Shown one piece after another: positions 1 through 12,425 of a DNA stretch of 63,912 nt (positions are counted from its first letter, which is position 1; every line of letters starts with the position of its first letter). The translations under genes were made by a program, and so were the position numbers. The stretch is from Octopus bimaculoides (lineage: Eukaryota), in contig NC_068983.1 in assembly GCF_001194135.2 (NCBI RefSeq), positions 163,220,664 through 163,284,575 of the forward strand. Direction: 5' to 3'. A model generated the notes under the pieces. The model was not told the origin of the DNA. It made no database searches and worked only from the letters and a program-made list of their open reading frames with translations.

Positions 1-90
<90 letters not shown>
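1..90. repeat. (ATT)n microsatellite, forming the 3' tail or target of the adjacent R4-like element
   Basis: Pure ATT run directly abutting the element's 3' end. Confidence 0.98.
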
Positions 91-92
<2 letters not shown>

Positions 93-442
93 CCCTTCGT
101 AACACAGTGTAGGTAAAAATGCACGGGAGTCTTTAGTCATCTGTCAAATCCCAACAAGGACCTGAGACATAATACTTTGCTTAATATGTGCGTTGTGCCC
201 AGTAAGGCTGCTTTTTGCAAGACATCAATCTTGCATGGGATTTCCAGTTGCCTTAAGAAGTCTTGAAGTTTCAATGCGATTGAGCCCAACGCTTCGATCA
301 CCACTCGTATCACTTTTACATAACTCTTCTTCGCAGGGTTCTTGAAGCTTGACCAGTAAACAAGTGTCGCCTTAGTCTTCTGGCTGTGGACAGCTGACGC
401 TTCCCAATATGCCCACGAAAATAAGCTGTGAGATTTCATCAC

Positions 443-444
<2 letters not shown>
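91..444 (-). mobile_element. 3' fragment of an R4/Dong-like non-LTR retrotransposon (restriction-like endonuclease C-terminus)
   Basis: Minus ORF ends ...VIEALGSI...KIDVLQKAALLGTTHILSKVL, the typical RLE-clade C-terminal LQKxxLLGT motif. It is followed by a short UTR and an (AAT)n tail. Confidence 0.8.
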
Positions 445-495
<51 letters not shown>

Positions 496-573
496 GATAA
501 TGATAATACTTTTGAGCGGATTGGGCTACTCGACCTCCCCAAATTTCTAACTGGGCCCCACATGTTGTTGTTG

Positions 574-638
<65 letters not shown>

Positions 639-639
639 G

Positions 640-1310
640 CCTTTCCACAGCTTCTAACGCTGGAGATGTACTACACTGAACTAAGTTAACACCTCTTATT
701 TTTCGAGCACCATCCGGAGTATTGGAGCGGTTCCAAGCAGTACTGTTTTCTGCAAGTGCTCCACCCTTATTGCAGCCCCTATTTGTTCCATGTACTTCTT
801 GAGATTTTTGCTCACAGTTCCTAAGGCTGCGACAATTATTGGTATTATTACCACTTTCTTCATCGACCACAACGGCTTATCATCCCAAGTTAACCTGTCA
901 TATCTATCGACTTTTCTTTCTTCCTCATTGCATACCTTGTTGTCAGTTGGGCATGCTATATCTGTGATCCAGCATCGTTTGCTTTCTTTCTCAATTAAGA
1001 CTATGTCCCGCTTCCTATTCTCTATCTCATGGTCGCAATGAATCATAATATCCCATAGGATCTGAGTTATCATTTTTGATGATGCCTTCGGCTTTATGTT
1101 CGTACCACATTTTTGCTCTGTCAAGTCCATACTTGTTGTAAAGTGTCGAATGGACAATCCTTGTTATATTGTCATGACGTCTCTTATATTCTTTCTGGGC
1201 TAGTGGTGTACATTGACTGGTGATATGCTATACGATCGCACCATTTTATCCACAAATTCTGCACATATCACTTTCTGATGTGTTGTTTATTCTGTATTTG
1301 ATGGTTCTTA
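640..1310 (-). mobile_element. 5'-truncated R4/Dong-like non-LTR retrotransposon (CCHC knuckle + RLE domain), decayed
   Basis: Minus translation gives CRICG...HITSQCTPLAQKEYKRRHDN (zinc knuckle), then RDIVLIEKESKRCWITDIACP...EERKVDRYD...IPIIVAALGTV...LQKTVLLGTAPILRMVLE. ATT-type repeats flank both sides. Confidence 0.9.
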
Positions 1311-1330
1311 ATTATTATTATTATCATTAT

Positions 1331-1500
1331 TGATGTGTTTACGTTCCCGTAACCAAGCAGTTCGGCCAAACGGACCGATAGAATGAGTACGAGGTTTAAT
1401 AAAATAAGTACTGAGGTTGGTTTGTTAGACTAAAAATCCTTCAAGCCTGTGCTCCAGTATGGCCGCAGCCTAATGAGTGAAACAAGTAAATGATAACAGT
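1331..1500 (+). mobile_element. SINE family A, 3' half
   Basis: Matches the 3' half of full copies at 50395-50800 and 60478-60862 (gtgtttacgtccccgtaac...ccgatagaataagtac...gtgctccagcatggccgcag...tgaaacaagtaaa). Confidence 0.8.
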
Positions 1501-2259
1501 CATAAGACAAAAATGCACCAGCATGGCCCACCGCATATTTGTGTATCTTAGACAACCACTGGAAACGTGTAATTATACCAATCCCATTTTCTAAGCGTAA
1601 GATACTTTCAATTAAAGCAAACAGAGGAATATAAAGTGTCAGTCTTGTGCGGCACACACACCTCACACACATGATGTGATGCCACTGCCTTTTAGCTATT
1701 TTCTTGCAAGTGTGATGTCTTAACGTATAAGACTCAAGCTTGTATCTCCATTATAGAGACAGCACGGTGTTTTGACGACGAGAAATACATGAAATTGTTT
1801 CAACAAAGCGTCTTAGTGTAAGTTTTATTCCTGCTTAGTTGTCATTCAAAAGCAATTTTACTTTCCAGCACTTATGAACTGGTTCTCTTAGCTGGACTTC
1901 GTTTCAATAACTTGGGCTGAGTCATTCAGAGAAATGTTTTATCGCTTGGTTATTGATACAACACAGAATCATTATACACCGCCCGTCCATCACTGTTAAG
2001 CCTTTCAAATCAATTTTCTCTCCTTTCTTTTCTATGATTATTTATTATTTAATAAATAGTAACTGTCCTGGATAAGGTTATGTTTTCGACTCACGAATTA
2101 TCTGACAGGAAAACAAAACCAGTTGTGTAAAAGCATGAACATTTCAAAAACAGAAAATAAATTTCAAACTAAAAGATTTAAAAGAAAACAATAGAAAATG
2201 AATATTATCATAATAGTGAGAGCCTCATTAATTCACGTTTAAACGCTAAATTGTTCAAA

Positions 2260-2934
2260 CTTACACACGTTGTCACGTGATTTATTGATCATCTTGACTA
2301 ACACGTTTTATTTGCCTAAAACTAGTCGGGAACAATTACAGTGAATGGTCGGTGATTAACCGTTGAGTAGATATCGATAATAATATAATTACTAGAGTGA
2401 TTGAGATTATCGGGAGTGGGGGAATATTGTGAATGTTTCCTTCTAGTTTCAGAGCCGATCGAATCTAGTTATTGGTGTTAGTCATTGGGTCACTATTAGA
2501 AATTAAGTTCTATTGTTATCCACGACTCGCATTAGACTGTTCCATTGTTTAATGTCATTAAAAATAATATTGATAAACTGAATAGACACAGAAGACATTA
2601 GTCACTGACATATCGGCGCATGCGCACAAAGGAGCACGCGGAATTTTATGATAGAAACAAAAATTATATCATATATTGATTCGCTTTAACTAACGTCTGC
2701 GCTATCTCGTTTAGGAGAGGAATATTTTCCTGTGAATCGATTACCACAATAGTTTTCTGAACTTCAAACAAAAATTTCGATTCACATATGACCAACACAA
2801 GTTTTGCGACATTGGTTTTAAGTATTGTTTGGTTTACAAGACTAGACACAAGTCTACACGATTCCTCTGAAGGTAGGCACTTTACCTGCGGGGAAGTGTT
2901 GACAGCAGAACTATAAACTGACGGCAGATTTAGG

Positions 2935-2998
<64 letters not shown>

Positions 2999-3100
2999 GC
3001 GCGCACGGGCTCTCTTTCTCTGACTGGAGCGGCAAATTGTAGGAGAGTGTCTTTATACGTTCGCTGGCGTTGCTAGAAATAGCTGTCAAGTCCCCTTGAC
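2260..3100. promoter_or_regulatory. Possible promoter or regulatory island (NRF1-like GCGCATGCGC at 2616-2625; GTCACGTGA E-box at 2272-2280)
   Basis: Motifs are seen directly, in unique sequence that looks locally CpG-richer and contains a (CA)n tract. No linked transcript is evident. Confidence 0.25.
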
Positions 3101-4079
3101 ATCACTACTGCTGACGGATATAGCAAAAGAAGCACATAGAAGATAGCGGAGATCTAGGTACTACGTGAAACACGAGACACGCAATGACTCGTCTTTATCA
3201 TTGGTAGAAATCGTTCGTGTTGCCTCTAGCTAAAACACTAAATAATAACAACAGGCATTTGATGTTAACTTGAAAGAGGAAAAAACCGTTCAGCGAGGAC
3301 TTTCAAGCAGCTGATACTATTTTGCAACAATTTTTATTTCAGAGATTTCCTTCTATATGATGGATTGTCTTCACTACAACTGGAGGATCATCTTCTAACC
3401 TTGAATATACTGAATGGCTGTTGATTCTTATGAGTTTTTGCACTCTCTAAAACAGGGTCCTAGTTTTCATTCCACACGGTATTCAAAAATCCCTGTCTTC
3501 ACCGAGCAAACTTGGTGCGGTTGCCGGTTTAATCGCGGAAGGCCTGATTAGGCAACGGGTAGGTTGAACCGGATTATATGTTACCAAAAGCATAACAGCG
3601 ACCGGATATACATACATACATGCAATCACGCACACACATATACATACATAAATACATACAATCACACCCCCCCACACACGTATATATACGGACAATCACA
3701 CGTATACATACATACATACATACATACGTACATAGATACATACATACACTCTCTCTCTCTCAAACACAGAAGCATACATACATACATACATACATGCAAT
3801 CACACACACACACGTATACATACATAAATACATACAATAACACACACACACACACGCGTATATATACAGACAATCACACACCCAAGCATACATACATACG
3901 TACATAGATACATTGATATATAAATACATACATAAATGAATATATACATCCAAACGTATATACATACAAGCAGTGCATAAGAGAATACATCCAGCTGAAC
4001 AATTGAGAAATCTGCAGTTACTCTATTCAGATTATAAATTCAGGTTTATAACTTGTAAATTATCTTAACGTCTCTATTG

Positions 4080-4235
4080 GAAGTTTGAAACCACCAGAGA
4101 AAACTTTGACGACTTTCATCATGGTTGTCCGTTGGTTCCCTTGGTAACAACTTTTATTAAGAATTATGGTTACCAGGGCGAAGCGTAATGAAGACAATTG
4201 CGAATATTCTCTCTGGCGGTTTGAAACTGGCATTG
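4080..4235. repeat. Imperfect fold-back palindrome (MITE-like)
   Basis: agtttgaaaccaccagagaaaa...cccttggtaacaa on the left matches the reverse complement of tggttaccaggg...ttctctctggcggtttgaaact on the right. Confidence 0.55.
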
Positions 4236-4558
4236 TAGACGTCTAGAGATAGATTATGATATGGGAATATTATATTAGTCAGCCTTATTGAATGCTTTCT
4301 TCGGTAGACGAATGCATATCTGCGAAGAAAAGAAATACTGTGAATTCTCGCTTTCCTGTTTAATTATATTTATACTAATTTCTATATAACTATTTTAGAA
4401 ATGAATTGATGACATTAACAATCGCCTGTCCATCTTATGTCTTAATGTACTTTCACTAGCCTGACCGGTGCATTGCCTGGAGCCAACCCTTGTTTACCTA
4501 GATTCTGCGTTATATAAATATGTGTGTGTGTGTGTGTGTGTGTGCATATATACATAGA

Positions 4559-4591
<33 letters not shown>

Positions 4592-4594
4592 TTC

Positions 4595-4663
<69 letters not shown>

Positions 4664-4764
4664 ATACAAATATACATTCATGTATGAGAAACTAGCCATA
4701 TGTCTAACATATTTAATGCTAGGTAGCGAAAATATAGACGAGAATGTTAGGGGGCAGAGAATGT

Positions 4765-4967
4765 AGGCGGTGGGCTGGTAGAACCTTTAGGATGCCGGGA
4801 TAAATGTTTAGTGGTGTTTCGTCCTTCTTTACGTTCTGGGTTCAAATTCCGCTCAGGTTGACTTTTGAGTTCGATAAAATAAGTGTCTGTTAAGAATTGG
4901 TGGCGATGTAATAGAATTAACCCACAACTAAACATTGATGTCTCTTTGCTAAAATTTGAAACCAACG
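4765..4967 (+). mobile_element. SINE family B (tRNA-like head), degenerate
   Basis: ggcggtgggctggtagaa...gttctgggttcaaattccgc...gataaaataagt...gatgtaat...aaatttgaaacc; homologous to 17210-17427. Confidence 0.8.
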
Positions 4968-5895
4968 TATGGAGAATATGCAAGGAAATTAAGTAGGAGA
5001 AGCTGGTCGGGGGCATGTCTATGGATCAGAGTGTAGGAGTTGATTAGAAACAAAGGGAATAATTTCATAAAGGGAAATATTACATACGGTGTGCAATAAC
5101 AATGTGGTAAAGTCAGACATACAATTGTTTCGAAAGCTACCCTGCAAGGGTATACACAATAATATCCTGTGTTGAAGATTTTTGTGATTTTTTGGATAAA
5201 TTTCATTTCGTGAGGGTACGAATAAATTAATTCCAACTTGATTCTGTAGAATTAAGATGATACAAGGACGACAGTCTAATCTTAATCAGTAATGAACATG
5301 CTCACCAATTAGACGAACCTAAAATTGTTCTAATTAAAGCTAGTGAAAGAATTAAACAGAAAATGACAAAAGGAAGTGTGATTGGGGGCCATTGCCCAAT
5401 TAAACAAAACGTACTGAAATATTCAGAAATAAATACGAACACTGTTACATGCGATGAATAAGACACCGTCAGTTATGTAGACATCATGAGTACTTGAGCA
5501 GAGAACAAGCACATATTTGCATGTATGTGTGCATTGAAACAGAACATTATGATTGTTAAGTATTAAAACAGCGAATTGGTGTCAGGTGATAGGAATAGTC
5601 ATGGCTTGTGTAATACAAGAGTCTATCGATGTGATCAGTTACGACTTCTTATTGTACTTAAATCGATCAATTTGATATTTGCCCAAATAAAATTGTGTAA
5701 CAATTATGAGATTGATACAGACCGCTTCATATTGTCTAACGAATTATTGACCATATATTATATCTCATAAATTTCTGTTGTCTTGAGGTGAAGGAAATAA
5801 TTTTCAGAGACCTCTCAAGTTTATAACACACACACACAACACACACATACGTGCGCGCACACACACAAACACACACTTTCTTGTACATATGCAGA

Positions 5896-5940
<45 letters not shown>

Positions 5941-6127
5941 GTACGTGGCCATATAGATTCATATAAATGTATATATATATATATCCCAGTTTGTATGATT
6001 GTGCATAGAAGAATATATTAATCAATGAAATTTCAACTTGGTCTGATTTTCACAGTTTATTATTTACAATTTTACGCAATCATCAGATTTATGTAGTGAC
6101 AGTCATGTTCCATAATTTACAACTGTG

Positions 6128-6200
<73 letters not shown>

Positions 6201-6214
6201 ACATATCGTATAAT

Positions 6215-6500
6215 TTATAAACAGGGTAAATTTTAGTCATTTCTCAGCAGATTGAAAGAAATTTATGAACAGCTTCAATCGATTTTCAAACCTTATTGGG
6301 TTCTCATTAGAGGCGTCTACATCATTCTGCCAGTCTCCGGAGAAACAATAGCCAAGCTGCTTATATACTCAACGAATGCAGTGGTTACTGTATGAAGGAG
6401 TCCCTAATTTGCATACCGAAAGTGTTTAACACTCTATAAATACCAGCGGCCTGTCAATGGGGTATTAGTCCACACAGTATCTAGGTATGATATAATAAAT
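6215..6500 (-). mobile_element. Probable PLE-derived terminal repeat relic carrying a decayed hammerhead-like motif (6272-6315)
   Basis: Abuts a (TA)n run. Minus strand reads gcct-CTAATGA-gaacc-caataa-ggttt-GAAA-atcgatt-g-aagc. Confidence 0.4.
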
Positions 6501-6526
6501 ATATCACATATGGTATAATTATAAAC

Positions 6527-6710
6527 AGGAGCACCGCATTTCGTCGAAGGATTCCATTCCAGGACTTATTCTTTGTAAGCCTAGTAATTAATTCTATCGG
6601 TCACTTTTGCCGAACCGTTATGTTACCGGGACATAACACCAACATCGGTTGTTTATGCCCCATTGTAGGGTGTCAAACACAGACACAAAGACACGCACAA
6701 AAAAATATAT

Positions 6711-6765
<55 letters not shown>

Positions 6766-6917
6766 ATGGGGTTCCTTCAGTTTCCGCGTACCGAATCCAC
6801 TCGCAAGGCTTTGGTTGGCCTCAGACTATAGTAGATGACACTTCCCCAATGTGCCACGCAGTGGGACTGAACCTGGAATCATGTGGTTGGGAAGCAAGCT
6901 TCTTACCAAACAGCTCC
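6527..6917 (-). mobile_element. SINE family A, near full length, with internal microsatellite
   Basis: Reverse complement of the head (ggtaagaagcttgcttcccaaccacatgattccaggttcagtcccactgcgtggcac), core, internal (TA)n/(CA)n and 3' part. Confidence 0.9.
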
Positions 6918-6953
6918 TTACCATACATACATGCATACACACACACACACGCA

Positions 6954-6987
<34 letters not shown>

Positions 6988-7929
6988 GCGTACACGCGTG
7001 TACATACACACGTAAATGTTTTAGTTTGCTACTAGTTAGAACTTAACACGTGAAAGCCAAAGTGAAATTCAAAACTAAAAGGTTTATACGTTTGCATTAT
7101 ATTTCAATAATACAACTTAAAAGAACTCTATGGAAGAAAATATAAAAGAGGTACAAGTTTAGCTGTGTTCTTCAACGATCTCTAGGAACAAGGTTTGTGT
7201 GACACAATGCGATGTGTAACAATATATATTGTCCAATTAACGGCGCGTAACTTTTGTCAGTTGATGACAGATGAATAATACTTCTTAATAACGATAGCCA
7301 CGCTAATGGTCAAATTTCCAATATTTTGACTTTGGTGCTGTCCGTAATATCCTGATTATGATATGTCTGAGAGAAATATATCTTTCTTTGAATTTCTTCT
7401 GTGATGCCAATGTTTAGTAAAACTCCTTATACTTGTTACATATTATGTCATACTACACTTAGCCCTGTAACCATATATTCTCATTGTAGATCGGGCAGGG
7501 GACCAGTTTGTTGGTTGAGTCTTCGGTAAGGTGCATTCCTAGGTAGACGCTATCTTACAGAAAGCCTCGTGCATATACATTTTATATTCAGTTCCTTCCT
7601 ATGATTAACTTGGAGGATTGTAGTTATGGTGTTACGATATGTGAAGAAAGGCATTCTTAAATTAAAAACTATTAGTTATATGAAAATCTTAAAGAAAAAC
7701 ACAATGACAAGAATTTTTAGGAAGGAAGTTTCGTTAGAAGTTAAGCCCTTTCGCTGTTTACAGCTTTTTAAACACACGTCTTATAGGATATCCACGTCCA
7801 CACACACACACACACACAAATTCGGTGTACTTAAATATGTTTAGGCTCAAAAGTGTCTCAGGTCATATCCAACTTAATAGCACCACCTGATAGAACTTGC
7901 TGAGCCACTTTTTAGTCAAGCTTCGTTGT

Positions 7930-9050
7930 ATGTAATAGGAGCCATTCATGTAAGGAATTTTTGCCGACTGAGCTGTGTCGAGGTATGAGTGGCTTATCTG
8001 GTATCCTTTCAAAAACTTGTCTAGATTTCGATTGAAGGTGATAGGATGTATTTCTTCTTCGATTTGTTTTGGGATAATGTTAAATGGAGCAGAACCTCTT
8101 GAAGAGCAAAAACTGTGTCTCAGTGAATTTATGTGCTGTGGGACTAAATTGTGTAGGGCACATATGGCACGGGTTCCAGCCTTGGATGAGACCTATATCT
8201 GATGTTGTAGTCGTTTGAGCAATGCTCGTGGTATATTTTCCAGGTTGCAAATGTTGTGGTACTGATGGCGGCGTTGGAGAGAATGAAGATTCTATGTTTC
8301 AAGGCAGTCCTAATAATTAAGACCAACGGTGCCTTTTTTTGTTGTCATTGATCTCTGTGATGAATCAATTCTCGTAACGTTTGTTTTTGGGATGGGGAAA
8401 CCATACAGTGGCAGAAGAATTGTAGCCGTACAAAGGGGGAGAAAAGGAAAATGACCACATCTTGCTCTCTGGACCGGAAAGTTCTGGGGGATCCAGGAAC
8501 TCATCCTGTAGGCTATAGCAACTTGCCGTAACTGCTCCAGCTGATAGGATTGTCAACAATTATTCCTAAGTTTCTAATATTATTGAATGCCATGAATAGT
8601 ACTGAAGGAAGAGAATATATTTGGTAGAGCGCATTCTCTTTTCCAAAGTGCTTCAGTTTCAATTTTCCCTCAGTTAACTGCATGTCATTTTCGTCCGTCC
8701 ATTGACCCACAGAAGGCAGATCAGAATGGGGTTTCATTCAATCTTCTCCTCCATTGACAAGTTTTTGAAGCCTGATGTTATCAGCGGATATTATTGCGTT
8801 GCAGTGCTTGGTAAGACTTGAAATATCGTTTATATAATCTATAAAAGGCAAGTGCTCATAATAGTCGCTTGGAGGATTCTGGTGCTGAATTTTTGCTGGG
8901 TTTCAGTGGATTTAAACAATCACAACGTTGGATATGTTCACTGCAAAATACTTAATCCAGTTCAGCAGATTACTACGGATTTCAATGCTGGAGAATTCTG
9001 TCGAAAGCTTTGCTGAAATCATAATATATAACTTCAGTGTTCGAACCCGT
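7930..9050 (-). mobile_element. CR1/L2-like LINE, RT and C-terminal region, heavily decayed
   Basis: Minus-strand frames give (V)IYYDFSKAFD, IYINDISS...ADNI, IRNLGIIVDNPISW and ...FNIIPKQI...NLDKF..IPDKP, across frameshifts and stops. Confidence 0.8.
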
Positions 9051-9054
9051 TCCC

Positions 9055-9088
<34 letters not shown>

Positions 9089-9523
9089 NNNNNNNNNNNN
9101 NNNNNNNNNNNNNNNNNNNNNNNNNNNNNNNNNNNNNNNNNNNNNNNNNNNNNNNNNNNNNNNNNNNNNNNNNNNNNNNNNNNNNNNNNNNNNNNNNNNN
9201 NNNNNNNNNNNNNNNNNNNNNNNNNNNNNNNNNNNNNNNNNNNNNNNNNNNNNNNNNNNNNNNNNNNNNNNNNNNNNNNNNNNNNNNNNNNNNNNNNNNN
9301 NNNNNNNNNNNNNNNNNNNNNNNNNNNNNNNNNNNNNNNNNNNNNNNNNNNNNNNNNNNNNNNNNNNNNNNNNNNNNNNNNNNNNNNNNNNNNNNNNNNN
9401 NNNNNNNNNNNNNNNNNNNNNNNNNNNNNNNNNNNNNNNNNNNNNNNNNNNNNNNNNNNNNNNNNNNNNNNNNNNNNNNNNNNNNNNNNNNNNNNNATAT
9501 ATATATATATATATATGTATGTA

Positions 9524-9564
<41 letters not shown>

Positions 9565-10762
9565 GTATGTATTGTACATGAGAAGAGAGAGGAGACAAAG
9601 CGCAGAGAACTCTTTATTCTTTTCTCCCGTCATATCGGTGTCTTATCATAAAGATAGAAACCGCTGACAGATATGCCAAGTCTAACGACATCGATCACCA
9701 TTTTGTTTTCTAGTGAACTATTTCGAACCACATCTCGCTCTCTTTAAATTTCAACACAAAATTACAATGGAGGAGGCGGGCTTCATTTATACAAGGTTCC
9801 TCAGAAAATTTGGCTATTTTAGTGCTATAATTCAGTCCTACTAATCAGAGCTAAATACTTATACGCACCGACTAAAATCTTTGATTAAAACATAGAAATT
9901 TATTGGCAGAGAAGTTCAAACAACAAACAAATAATTTCCAAAAGAGCAAATAGATAAAGGGGTTTTCTATAATTCTCTGCCAGACATAGGCTTGGCAATA
10001 AAGCCCCGCTGCCTAAGTTTTACTCTTCCAGAAGACCTAACATCTGATCTCTCTAAAGATGCCGAACTCTGATGACAGATCCACGGCTGCTTTCCGCCAT
10101 CTGATTTGTAGAGCGAAACTGAACTAACCTCGGCTCACTCAGACGCTCCATAAAACGTCTGCTCTTTCTCAACAGGACTGCCAACATCGTAGACATGTAT
10201 CTGGGGGTTTATGTGTGTGTAACAATTGTTGGGAGTCTTAATTGGAAGGCGCTGGACGGAAACTAATAATGGACTTTCAAGAACAGATTCACCCAACTAA
10301 TTCTTCAGTTACAATGAATAGGTAAATAAAATTCTGTAGATTTATTATAATCAGGATATTACGGACATCATCAAATCAAAGAAGGAAATATTGGAAATTT
10401 GAGGATTAATGTGATTATGCTTATTAATGAATCTAATCCGTCTGTCAACAACTGACGGGATTTAGTGAACGTTAATTGGACAAGATAACATTACCAATCT
10501 GATTACGTTACGCATCTTGCCTTCCCAAATATCTCTGCACCGCAGAACGAAACATAACCTGAATTTTTCGGTTTTGGTTTTGGTTTTGTTTCGAAATGGA
10601 AATATTGGGGAATGTAAATGTGAAAACCGTTGTTTTTATTTATGTTTTCATTTCTTTATTTCCATCACGTGGCACTCACACACATACACTTACACACGGA
10701 CATGCGCTCACATGCTAATGCACTCACACAAACAAACACATACCATAGGTATAACCGTAACA

Positions 10763-10974
10763 AATATTGGTCTCAAATTTGCCAACAAGTTCGGGGCATG
10801 GTGGGGTGGAGGCGGGGATCGATCCCAGTATTCAGCTCATACATACTTTACTGAATCCGAAAAGATGAAAGACAAATTAGATCTGGACGGAATTTCAACG
10901 CAGAATGTAAAAACGGACAAAATGGCGCTAAGCATTTTTCCTGGCGCGGAGACGAATTTGTCACCTCACCGCCT
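10763..10974 (-). mobile_element. SINE family B, degenerate
   Basis: Reverse-complement match to the family B head and body (gcttagcgccatttt...aaattccgtcc...ctgggatcgat). Confidence 0.75.
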
Positions 10975-11599
10975 TACCCCTAACAAGCATTCCCGATTTT
11001 CTACTCTGTTAATCTTATTTATTTGATCCCATTTCATTTCATCTCCCACCTTCACTAATATTATTAGCAACTTACCTTTGAACTCTGGACCATTCTTTTA
11101 AATCACCAGCCCTGTCGTTGAGATTTTCTTCTCTTGATTTACTCATATTTTATTTCATTTATTCATTTACATATTTCTACTCTTAAATGTCACTCGTTCC
11201 AAAGTTCATTCGCCTACTCATCTGCAGTTTTTTCTATTGAATTTTCCCATTGAATTCTTTGACTATTCTAACGCTCACCCAGGCTGTTTCATTCATCCTT
11301 ATCAAAACATATCCTTTCCATTTCTTTTTACTTCTTTCCTTTTCTACTTTTCTTTTTTTTCTCGCGGCCTTTTCTTCTGTCTCTTCTTTTCTTCTTTATT
11401 TTCTTTCCTTTCTGTTTCCTTTTTCATCTTTTGTCTCTCTCCTTTATCATATTTTCCCTCCAACACTTCGAGAAGAATCGTATGTATATATTCGGAAAAT
11501 ATGCTATAAATCTACAGACAACTGTTAAACAAAGTCATGGATGCGAAAAATCTCCATTCTCCTTAGCATTATTAATGTTTATATATATATATATATATA

Positions 11600-11775
11600 T
11601 ATAAGCATTTTATAAATAAGGGCAAAAAAAATTCTTATGCCAAATATGCCGAGAAATACACTTTAAATCGTTATATAACGACATTTATGTGGTTATATGA
11701 TGATTTAAAGTCTATTTCTCGGCATATTTGGCATAAGAAATTTTTTCTGTTGCCCTTATTTATAAGTTGTTTATA
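11600..11775. repeat. Near-perfect fold-back palindrome (MITE-like)
   Basis: Arms tataaataagggcaaaaaaaattcttatgccaaatatgccgagaaatacactttaaatcgttatataac and its reverse complement, around a ~12-nt loop. Confidence 0.9.
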
Positions 11776-12425
11776 ATTTTCACCTTAAAAGGTATTTTTT
11801 AAATATGCTGGCATCTGATAAAATTTGATTTGAAAATGTTATGCTATATATATATATATATATATAGGAAAATACATACATACATACANNNNNNNNNNNN
11901 NNNNNNNNNNNNNNNNNNNNNNNNNNNNNNNNNNNNNNNNNNNNNNNNNNNNNNNNNNNNNNNNNNNNNNNNNNNNNNNNNNNNNNNNNNNNNNNNNNNN
12001 NNNNNNNNNNNNNNNNNNNNNNNNNNNNNNNNNNNNNNNNNNNNNNNNNNNNNNNNNNNNNNNNNNNNNNNNNNNNNNNNNNNNNNNNNNNNNNNNNNNN
12101 NNNNNNNNNNNNNNNNNNNNNNNNNNNNNNNNNNNNNNNTATATATATATATACATGCATATACATATATATATATGTATATATATATACACCATGGACT
12201 CTGCCGTCGTTAGACGACGTATCAGGATTTGGTAATTTTTTTGCCGAACGACCACACAGATGATTTGTTTATATTGATCAAATGTTTCTGTTCACATAAG
12301 CTCACTCCTTCCATCAAATTGATATTACCTGTACAGGTGCACCGTATGCCTCATGTCAGGAATCGAAATCAAGATGTCGCAATTCTGAGTGCAACACCAT
12401 AACCACTAAGTCACGCGGCTATATA

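Noticed and set aside
1670-1960. Possible hAT/Buster transposase remnant (LRRFVET-like)
   Set aside because: Only a weak 6-7 residue resemblance amid stops, and no TIRs.
3560-3970. ORFs of H/T/Y/I or C/V/Y repeats here and throughout (e.g. 34270-34743, 40576-41343, 48955-50242)
   Set aside because: They are translations of (TA)n, (CA)n and (TACA)n microsatellites or read through N gaps. Not proteins.
5250-5460. 67-codon frame with SNEHAHQLDEPKI, resembling a MULE/FLYWCH linker
   Set aside because: No catalytic motifs or termini, so it cannot be supported.
10060-10130. CTGATGA...CGAAAC, a possible hammerhead
   Set aside because: The cagat/atctg stem is not adjacent to GAAA, and no stem I/III or UH site fits.
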